Assembly: GCA_005223125.1 (NCBI GenBank) | Contig: NJBH01000042.1 | Span: forward strand, 1-29,054 | Length of the DNA stretch: 29,054 nt | Reading direction: 5' to 3' | Source: Promethearchaeota archaeon Loki_b32 | GTDB lineage: Archaea; Asgardarchaeota; Lokiarchaeia; Sigyniarchaeales; SOKP01 | In this document: positions 8,667-15,796 of the stretch, one piece after another | Layout: every line of letters starts with the position of its first letter | Position numbering within the stretch: position 1 is the first letter of the stretch | The notes under the pieces: model-generated | The model's database searches: none | What the model was told of the DNA's origin: nothing | Seen by the model: the letters and a program-made list of their open reading frames with translations, nothing else | Made by a program: the position numbers and the translations under genes

Positions 8667-9525
8667 GCTTAAAAAAAAATTAACTATTGTTATTTTATGT
8701 GCTGGGGAGGGAAAAAGACTTAAAAAATTAACGAGATATACTCCCAAACCTTTATTGAAAATTAAATTATTAGAGAATGAATCAATTCTCCAAAACACTA
8801 TTTTTAAATTAATAAATTTAGGAATTAAACAGATAGCAATTATAATTGGGCACTTAGGAGATAAAATTCAAGAGTTTATTTCGTACCTAGTAAAGAATAA
8901 TGAATCTTTACTGAAAAACTTAGAAATAATTAATTCTGAAAGTCAATATAAATTAGGTCCATTGCATTCCTTCTTATCTATAACCAAAAATAATACTATT
9001 TTCAATCATAACAATTACTATATTTTAATTCCAGGAGATACAATCTTTGATTTAAACCTATTAGAGGAAATTCTGTTCATAATCATGAATAATTTTGAAT
9101 TATTGCAGAAATATCCATTTGTTTTTTATCGAAATATTGAATCAATAAGATTAAATGATACTTATGACAAAAAAAAGTTAATCTCTAATGCTGAACTTGA
9201 CAAAACTGGTTCAGAAATTGTGTTAAAAAGGATTTCACAATTAAAAATGAAAAATATTCATTCTAAAGCTATAGTTCACCAAATTATACCGATTTTTGCT
9301 TTAAATTATGATTTCATCAACAATATCCTAAATTTAAAGAATGAAATTCCAGCAATTACAATTTGGGAAACATTGAATTATATGATTTCTAAAAGAAGGA
9401 AAGTAGTTGCTTTCAATATTGAAAATAAATACCAATTTTTTGATATTGATGAAAAATATGATCTCAAAAAATTAAAAAAAAAAGAAAAGGACAATAGATG
9501 CCCCGATTATTCAATGAATAATTAA
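8647..9525 (+). CDS. Sugar-phosphate nucleotidyltransferase (NTP_transferase family)
   Basis: VILCAGEGKRL...PKPLL N-terminal signature, PGD and FFDID. TTG start overlaps map by 20 nt; the C-terminal codons run into the 3' end of the putative ncRNA. Confidence 0.85.
   Translation: MSLLENKLKKKLTIVILCAGEGKRLKKLTRYTPKPLLKIKLLENESILQNTIFKLINLGIKQIAIIIGHLGDKIQEFISYLVKNNESLLKNLEIINSESQYKLGPLHSFLSITKNNTIFNHNNYYILIPGDTIFDLNLLEEILFIIMNNFELLQKYPFVFYRNIESIRLNDTYDKKKLISNAELDKTGSEIVLKRISQLKMKNIHSKAIVHQIIPIFALNYDFINNILNLKNEIPAITIWETLNYMISKRRKVVAFNIENKYQFFDIDEKYDLKKLKKKEKDNRCPDYSMNN
9474..9483 (-). terminator. Oligo-U terminator of the putative ncRNA
   Basis: A10 run on + (U10 on -) abuts the terminal helix; oligo-T tracts are established archaeal intrinsic terminators. 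Confidence 0.5.
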
Positions 9526-9874
9526 TTCAGAGGAAATATCCACTAGTAATCCAATGAAGCAATTGGGTAATCAAAGCTCCTATTAGTTTATTTATATTTG
9601 TTTTATTGGTATAATGTTTTAAAGTCTCTTGTATCCATAAAAACCTAAATATAATCAACAAGAACTCAATCTTCTTATTTGTGTCATATACCAATATCGG
9701 AATATAGTTAAAAAATTACCGCTCCAAAGTGCTGATTTATATTTTTCTTTTAAATCTGTGATATATACATTCTATGCACTACAGGAACAAATGAATTGTA
9801 AATATGATTTCGTATGGAATCGAACAAAAAATATAACTTCTTGGTAAAAAATCTCAGTATAATGTGTCCTTTTC
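9484..9874 (-). ncRNA. Putative ~390-nt structured non-coding RNA of unknown family
   Basis: No ORF of meaningful length. Ends pair (GAAAAGGACA 9484-9493 / TGTCCTTTTC 9865-9874), with nested perfect 10-bp helices (9604-9613/9687-9696 and 9737-9746/9827-9836). Minus-strand TATA at -31..-24 and U10 directly after the terminal helix. Confidence 0.6.
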
Positions 9875-9897
9875 AAATAGATATATGACAATTTGAC

Positions 9898-9912
9898 TAT
9901 TTAAATCTTGTT
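9898..9912 (-). promoter_or_regulatory. BRE + TATA box for the putative ncRNA
   Basis: Minus strand AACAAGA-TTTAAATA (TATA = 9905..9898) ends 23 nt before the G at 9874, which is canonical archaeal spacing. The AT-rich background lowers specificity. Confidence 0.55.
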
Positions 9913-10006
9913 ATTAAACAAATCCTCAGAATTTTCGACATAAATAATATGATATTAAAAGATTTTAAAATAATATAAATATCAGAAATTACATTATTTA
10001 TAAAAT

Positions 10007-10381
10007 ATGAGTGTACCAATAAAGATTAATTTATTCGGAATTGGGATTATTGAAGGTGAAATTATCCGTTATATCGCCCCTCTTACTGCAGATGCGATAC
10101 TTGATAAATTACCTATTGTTTTAAGAGGTAGATTTAGTTTTGGTTCAAAGAAATATTGGACTTTACCTGGTATAGAAATATATAAAGGAGCTAATTCTAA
10201 ATCAAAGGCTACAGTAGAAAAAGGTGACATTCTATACAATCCTAAAACTGATGAGCTGATAATAACTTTGGAGAATTTAGAAATGCCAAATAAAGTAAAT
10301 AAAGTTGGGAAGGTTGATACTAACCTTGACATATTATTACAGGCAAAAAATGGATTAAATACAAAAATAATTAAAAAATAG
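10007..10381 (+). CDS. Cyclophilin-like fold protein (TM1367/DUF369-like)
   Basis: APLTADAILDKLPI, VEKGDILY.P and VNKVGKV patterns; 124 aa. Confidence 0.75.
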   Translation: MSVPIKINLFGIGIIEGEIIRYIAPLTADAILDKLPIVLRGRFSFGSKKYWTLPGIEIYKGANSKSKATVEKGDILYNPKTDELIITLENLEMPNKVNKVGKVDTNLDILLQAKNGLNTKIIKK

Positions 10382-10388
10382 TATTAAT

Positions 10389-11213
10389 ATGGCAGTTCCG
10401 AAAAAGTTAACTATTGCATTTACATTTTTTTATTTAGTAGTTATTGCTTACATAATGCTATTTCTCTATGTACCCCAATTTCAAAGTATTATTATAACTT
10501 CAAGACAAAATCTAACAGTAATTACGCAAGGTTCTAATTATTTTTGGGCTCTATTAATTTCTTTTGGAGTATGCTTCTTAGGTTCAGCATCAATAGGATT
10601 TCCTATTCCTTTTCCATTCGTACTGTTTTCTCTATCAAATTCTGTATTCCTTAAATATTCTAACAGTGGGTTAGAACTCACACAAATTTTGCAAACCGGT
10701 CCATTTTGGTTAGAAATTCTTGGTCTTGCCTTAGTAGGCGGTTTAGGTAGTGCTTTTGGAGAATCTACAGGTTATATTGTTGGTTATGGTGCAAAAAAAA
10801 TAGCAGATGAAAGAGAATCAGAATTATTAAATAATGTAAACGGTTTTGGCAAGTTAATCTTAGAAAATGAGAAACGAACACCCTTGTATATATTTTTATT
10901 TGCTCTAACTCCTCTCCCAGATGATATTTTATTTTTGCCTTTGGGTATGATTAAATATCCTTTTTGGAAATGTATTATTCCTGGTTGGTTGGGTAAAAAT
11001 TTTACTACTATGTTTTACTGCTGTTGGCCAATATTTGTAGCATTAGGATTCATAGCCCAGGGCATTCAATCTAATGATAATTCAAGCATAATTACTGAAG
11101 CATTACTGCTATTAGTAACAATTACTATTATGTTTTTTATTATGGCTTTTGATTGGACAAAATATCTTGAGAGGAGAAGCCAAAAGAAGCTCAATAAAAA
11201 ATCAGCTTTATAA
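10389..11213 (+). CDS. VTT/DedA-domain membrane protein (VMP1/TMEM41/Tvp38 superfamily)
   Basis: Re-entrant SIGFPIPF, GLGSAFGESTGYIVGYG, FLFALTPLPDD and GWLGK. Confidence 0.85.
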   Translation: MAVPKKLTIAFTFFYLVVIAYIMLFLYVPQFQSIIITSRQNLTVITQGSNYFWALLISFGVCFLGSASIGFPIPFPFVLFSLSNSVFLKYSNSGLELTQILQTGPFWLEILGLALVGGLGSAFGESTGYIVGYGAKKIADERESELLNNVNGFGKLILENEKRTPLYIFLFALTPLPDDILFLPLGMIKYPFWKCIIPGWLGKNFTTMFYCCWPIFVALGFIAQGIQSNDNSSIITEALLLLVTITIMFFIMAFDWTKYLERRSQKKLNKKSAL

Positions 11214-11301
11214 TTAAATATGAAAATTTACTTACTTGCTCCTGTAATCGGATAAAACAAATGATGATAACAATTATTTGAGAATCTAAAAACCAAATCA
11301 A

Positions 11302-11472
11302 CTATTTATCTTTATCTAAACAATTTTTGCAAACAAAAACAGTTTTTCTTTTCTTTTCAGAGTTTTCATCATAATAAATTCGTTTATAAATGAAATTATT
11401 ACAGATCTCACATACCGCAGGAGTTCTCGTTTCCGAGATCATTAATCCTAAATGTTCAAATTTAGCTTTCAT
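11302..11472 (-). CDS. Small 56-aa C4 zinc-ribbon protein (not in ORF track)
   Basis: MKAKFEHLGLMISETRTPAVCEICNNFIYKRIYYDENSEKKRKTVFVCKNCLDKDK*; two CxxC motifs; ATG lies 3 nt after the Alba stop. Confidence 0.85.
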   Translation of the reverse strand: MKAKFEHLGLMISETRTPAVCEICNNFIYKRIYYDENSEKKRKTVFVCKNCLDKDK

Positions 11473-11475
11473 AAC

Positions 11476-11793
11476 TTATGTCATTGATTTGGTTTGAAGC
11501 GTAATTTCGATTTTAGAAATTCTGTCGATTTTTTTCTTATTATCTTTACGGTAGTTTCCATGTTGTCTTCTATTAAAGTAAGGACGGCTTCCTAAAGAAA
11601 CATTTGAAATTTCTATTCTAGGATACATGCGATTTTTTAAAATTTCAGCGACTTCTACGGCAGTACTGATTTCTTGCCCTTCACCCTTTATTAACAGTGA
11701 TTTCCTACCTCCAGAAAATGCAAAAATTGCGTCTTTAATTGACTTATCTTTATCATCTCTGTTTCTTATAATAATTGTAGTTTCATTAACCAT
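11476..11793 (-). CDS. Alba-family nucleic-acid-binding protein (divergent)
   Basis: LLIKGEGQEISTAVEVAEILKNR and ISKIEITL match the Alba '[21 protein letters not shown]...VSTIEIVL' pattern. Confidence 0.88.
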   Translation of the reverse strand: MVNETTIIIRNRDDKDKSIKDAIFAFSGGRKSLLIKGEGQEISTAVEVAEILKNRMYPRIEISNVSLGSRPYFNRRQHGNYRKDNKKKIDRISKIEITLQTKSMT

Positions 11794-11958
11794 GAATGAT
11801 AGAACCTCATTCGCAATAGAAATTTTATAATTTATTAAAAAGAAGCTAACTTAATTCTTAATAATTCATTATTAATAATAAATTTTACTAAAGTTCTTAA
11901 TTTGTTAATATTTTTTTATATTTTTAAAGTTTGATAAATACAAAATAAAATACATATG

Positions 11959-13080
11959 CTAATTTATTATCAAATTTAATTCTGAACGCTCATTTAATTC
12001 ATCTAAGATCGTGCAATATTCAGAGCTTCTCTCTTCTAAATATTCAATAACCTTTCTTTCATTAGTGTCTAAATTATCGTAGAAAGGAAAGATTTTTTCA
12101 ATTCTATTAGAGAGATCATTCATTAGTTTATCATACCATTCATTAGGTGTTTTTAACATATTTTGTATTTTTTTTTTTAGTTTCTCTTTTCTCTTTTCAA
12201 ATTGTTCTTTATCGTTTTTTTCACTTAGTTGGTCCAATTCGTCATAAGCCGCTCCAATAGTATTTTCTATTTTTTCTCTAAATTTAGGAATACGATATGA
12301 TTTTTTAAAGAAATCCGGGTCCCATACATACAGATGAAGGTCATCTGCCAATTCTTCATCATCAGTTACGATAATCTCTTTTTTAGGAACCAAAATTAAT
12401 CCATAATTTCTTTGTAATTGAGCTAAAGCCTTTTTACGCAGTACTTCCTTAATATATTCAATTTCCTTGATGACTTTCTCTATGTTTTTATTTACATTTT
12501 TTATTACTTTTTCAACTTTCTCTACCATTTCCTCTTTTTCAAATTCATAATTCAATTCTATTAAGTTATATGCAGAGGAAATCCCTAATTCTGGATCTTT
12601 TAATCTCAAGCCAGCCACTCCCAAAAAATGCGAATCAGATTTCTTTTCACAATGATCAAAAATTAGGCCTACTGCATAGGGATTCGGGATTTGATATCCT
12701 AATTGTGTCATACAATCGATTGGACTATAGAAAAAACCAAAACCAGGATGTGTGTGAAACCAGCCTATAATAAAATCTGTTTTGTCATCTTGAATAGATC
12801 TTTCAAACACAGTTGCGTCAATTTGAGCCATATCGACATATTGTTTGTTTTCATATTTTACACCGGCTCTATCTCCAACTACCATTGGAATTGCATCTTT
12901 TACAATAACCTTAGATTTGTTTTCTATAGAACCAATTAAAATTCCATATACCTCACGCCACTTATCAGAATTTATATCATCACTAGCATATCGTATTGCA
13001 TAACCTACAATTCTTTTGTAAGCTTTTTGAGTCAATAGTACAGGTGTTTTAAATGGATCAAGTTTTTTATTTTTCTTCAT
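11959..13080 (-). CDS. JAB1/MPN+ (JAMM) metalloprotease, Rpn11/CSN5-like, with helical C-terminal extension
   Basis: EVYGILIG ... GWFHTHPGFGFFYSPIDCMTQ gives a complete E-xn-HxH-x7-S-x2-D JAMM motif. Confidence 0.92.
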   Translation of the reverse strand: MKKNKKLDPFKTPVLLTQKAYKRIVGYAIRYASDDINSDKWREVYGILIGSIENKSKVIVKDAIPMVVGDRAGVKYENKQYVDMAQIDATVFERSIQDDKTDFIIGWFHTHPGFGFFYSPIDCMTQLGYQIPNPYAVGLIFDHCEKKSDSHFLGVAGLRLKDPELGISSAYNLIELNYEFEKEEMVEKVEKVIKNVNKNIEKVIKEIEYIKEVLRKKALAQLQRNYGLILVPKKEIIVTDDEELADDLHLYVWDPDFFKKSYRIPKFREKIENTIGAAYDELDQLSEKNDKEQFEKRKEKLKKKIQNMLKTPNEWYDKLMNDLSNRIEKIFPFYDNLDTNERKVIEYLEERSSEYCTILDELNERSELNLIIN

Positions 13081-13199
13081 AACTTTAGCATTTTTTTGCT
13101 TTGTTATGTTATTCTTTAAAAGTTTTATATCTTATTCTATATAGAATTTAAACAAAGTCTAAATATTTAAATTATATTCAATGAAATTTTCCTTTAAAT

Positions 13200-13742
13200 A
13201 TGAAAGTATTAACAATTGTAGGTTATCCAGGTTCGGGTAAAACAACCGCTATAGAATCAATAGAAGATTTAGGTGTCGTTGTATCAATGGGTGATGTTGT
13301 TCGAAATGAAGCTAAAAAAAGGAATTTAGAACCTTCTGGGGCCACAATCGGTAATATAGCAAAGGAATTGCGTGAAAAAGGGGGACCTGCTATAATAGCT
13401 GAGAAATGCGTGGAGTTAATAAAAGAAGTAAATTCTAAAATTATTTTTGTTGATGGAGTTAGATCTCTCTTTGAAGTTAACATATTTAGGAGATTTTGGA
13501 AATTTCCCATTATAGCTATTATTGTAGATGAGGAACAAAGATTTAATCGCCTTTTTGAAAGAGGACGTAGAGATGATCCTAAAAGCTTTGAAGATTTAAA
13601 AGAAAGAGATAAAAGAGAAATTGAATTTGGACTGGATAAAGTGTTAGAAAATGCGGACTACACAATCAAGAATAATTCTACAATTGAAGATTTAAAGAGA
13701 AAAACAAGAAAAATGGTCATAGATATTATTAATAATTACTAG
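13200..13742 (+). CDS. Archaeal dephospho-CoA kinase-like P-loop kinase (UPF0200/COG0237)
   Basis: GYPGSGKT, VSMGDVVR, VDGVRS and RGRRDD...RDKREIEFGL. Confidence 0.88.
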   Translation: MKVLTIVGYPGSGKTTAIESIEDLGVVVSMGDVVRNEAKKRNLEPSGATIGNIAKELREKGGPAIIAEKCVELIKEVNSKIIFVDGVRSLFEVNIFRRFWKFPIIAIIVDEEQRFNRLFERGRRDDPKSFEDLKERDKREIEFGLDKVLENADYTIKNNSTIEDLKRKTRKMVIDIINNY

Positions 13743-13756
13743 TGTTTACGATTTTC

Positions 13757-14659
13757 TTATTTAAGGTAATCAGCTATTATTTTTGCTAAAGAAACTTTAC
13801 TAGCTTCGTTATCAATAGAGTCTGTACCAATTATTTCATCAGCTCCAGCTTTTATGATCCTAAATTTAGCTTGTTGTAATAATAATGCGTGAGTTGCTAC
13901 CGCAAAAACTTTCCGTGCTCCACTCTCTTTTGCTATTTTGATTGCAGTGGCCATTGTTCCTCCTGTAGCAATAATATCATCTGCTATAACAACATCTTTA
14001 TCTTTAAGGTTTAAAGTACCACTCATTTCTATTTCACCAGTTTTAACATTTCGTTCTTTTTCTAACAGTTCTACCGGAATATCTTCTCCAAAGTGTTTGG
14101 CAAATGCACTAGATCTTTCAATAGCTCCTTTATCAGGAGATACTACAACAATATCTTTGGCTCCCTTTGATTTAACATAATCAGCTAGTAGTTTCATAGA
14201 ATCAATATTAATTGCTTTACACAAACACTCTTCCATAATTAAAGGCGCGTGAATATCAACGGCATAGAATTCATCAATACTCAAAGCGTTTATTAAACGG
14301 AGTATGACATTACCAAATTGACTTTCTCCTGGTCGAAATATTTTATCTTGGCGTGTGTAGGCTAAATAAGGAGCAACGATAATTACCTTTGCAGCACCCA
14401 TACGTTTAACTGCATCAATCATCATAAATAGTTCAATTAACCTTGCATTTTGATCAGCGCTAGTACTTGGACCTGTTGATTGCACTATAATTACTTCTTT
14501 CCCAGAGATTAAAGTTTCATCTTCTATATTAATTCTAAGGTAATTCTCTCCATCAGGAAACTTTTTAATTTCTGTATTTATTGATTCGATTTCTAATTCT
14601 TGGGCAATTTTTACACCAAGAATTTGTGAAGCTGGTCCTACAATTACTATTTTTTGCAT
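13757..14659 (-). CDS. prs: Ribose-phosphate pyrophosphokinase
   Basis: FPDGE, PYLAYTRQD, VDIH, SPDKGA and ADDIIATGGT. Confidence 0.97.
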   Translation of the reverse strand: MQKIVIVGPASQILGVKIAQELEIESINTEIKKFPDGENYLRINIEDETLISGKEVIIVQSTGPSTSADQNARLIELFMMIDAVKRMGAAKVIIVAPYLAYTRQDKIFRPGESQFGNVILRLINALSIDEFYAVDIHAPLIMEECLCKAINIDSMKLLADYVKSKGAKDIVVVSPDKGAIERSSAFAKHFGEDIPVELLEKERNVKTGEIEMSGTLNLKDKDVVIADDIIATGGTMATAIKIAKESGARKVFAVATHALLLQQAKFRIIKAGADEIIGTDSIDNEASKVSLAKIIADYLK

Positions 14660-14714
14660 ACTTGATCTACCTTTTTATTATAATTCAGTGTAATTTAACT
14701 TTTTATTTTCTTTT

Positions 14715-15437
14715 CTACACCTTTTTTAAGAATTCAAGAAAATATTTAAAAATTTCTTCTCTATGACCTTTAAATGAATGTCCACCATTATCAAATTTAA
14801 CCACATTTTTGTCATTTAATTCAAGATGTTCTTGTATTTGTATCAGGTTTTGAAATGGAATTCGATTATCATCTTTACAATGCGTAATAAAAATTCTATC
14901 ACTATTACGTGGATCTTTTTTTAAAAAATTATGAGGGCTGATTTTTTTAATAGCTTCTTCTTGAAATTTTATTTGGGTTGTATGATAATCATACCTAGGA
15001 GAAAGAGCAATTAAAATTTTTGCTCTTTCATCAATAAACCCATGAGATAAAACAATTGCTCCACCTAAACTTCTTCCAAACAATACAATCTTATCTTCCA
15101 ATAATCTTTTAGATTGACATTCAATAATCCATTCTAAAACTATATGAATGTCTGAAAATATTAATGGAAAAACTTTATTCCATCTATAGCCATACTTTGT
15201 TTTTGTCTCTCCATGAGCACGATAATCGTAAGACAAAACATAATAGCCCGCATCAGCGAATTTCTCAGAAAAAAATTTTACAAAACCACTCTGTCTATGT
15301 TCTAAAAAACCAGGCAAAATTATTATAAAGGGTGCTTTAGAATTTTTCTTATTTGTATAATATAATGAACCTTTAAGTAGTATACCATCTTGTTTTGTAG
15401 GAATCTCGATGTTTTCAATTATCAAATCTATCATCAT
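14715..15437 (-). CDS. Alpha/beta-fold hydrolase
   Basis: DYRAHGET, nucleophile elbow GRSLGG, acid D (KDDNRI) and GGHSF. Confidence 0.9.
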   Translation of the reverse strand: MMIDLIIENIEIPTKQDGILLKGSLYYTNKKNSKAPFIIILPGFLEHRQSGFVKFFSEKFADAGYYVLSYDYRAHGETKTKYGYRWNKVFPLIFSDIHIVLEWIIECQSKRLLEDKIVLFGRSLGGAIVLSHGFIDERAKILIALSPRYDYHTTQIKFQEEAIKKISPHNFLKKDPRNSDRIFITHCKDDNRIPFQNLIQIQEHLELNDKNVVKFDNGGHSFKGHREEIFKYFLEFLKKV

Positions 15438-15455
15438 AAAATTATGTTGATTTAG

Positions 15456-15722
15456 TTATTCTAAATGCTTTAAAACATGTTTTTCTAATCCAACAAGATC
15501 TTCTGGTTTTCTTTGATATTTTTTTAATATTTCTATAATTTTGTGGTTTAATTCTTGATGTTCTTTTAGACAACTTGTTTTTTCTAAAAATTCTTCTCCT
15601 CGTCGAATAGTAGCGGTATTTTCTGTAACTTTGATTAGTTCTGTAGCAATAATACCATTGATATAAATTAAATCTGCTAACATGTTTTTAATATACAATA
15701 GAATTGAAGTTTGTTCAGACAT
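15456..15722 (-). CDS. Hypothetical helical protein (88 aa)
   Basis: ATG-initiated ORF filling the gap, co-oriented with neighbours; no motif recognised. Confidence 0.8.
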   Translation of the reverse strand: MSEQTSILLYIKNMLADLIYINGIIATELIKVTENTATIRRGEEFLEKTSCLKEHQELNHKIIEILKKYQRKPEDLVGLEKHVLKHLE

Positions 15723-15796
15723 AATTAGAAAAAGTTTACTTAGAATAAAAAGTGTAATTATTGTAATAATACTAAAAAGAATGATGAAAATCTAAA

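Noticed and set aside
9529-9545. + strand GAGGAAATATCC resembling RNase P CR-I (GAGGAAAGUCC)
   Set aside because: No complementary CR-V able to form P4 was found, and promoter, terminator and G-U pairs favour the minus strand.
9816-9826. GTTCGATTCC T-loop-like motif (minus strand) suggesting a tRNA or tmRNA
   Set aside because: No 5-bp T stem, cloverleaf or acceptor/CCA end; kept only as part of the ncRNA candidate.
11261-11300. ATGATGA box C-like motif
   Set aside because: No CTGA box D at a suitable distance; expected by chance in AT-rich DNA.
11406-11443. GC-richer hairpin CUCG-GAAA-CGAG and GATCTC/GAGATC repeat, resembling a SECIS, ribozyme or riboswitch
   Set aside because: It lies inside the 56-aa zinc-ribbon ORF. 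It lacks a complete hammerhead core or SECIS GA/GA quartet, and I saw no in-frame UGA gene nearby.
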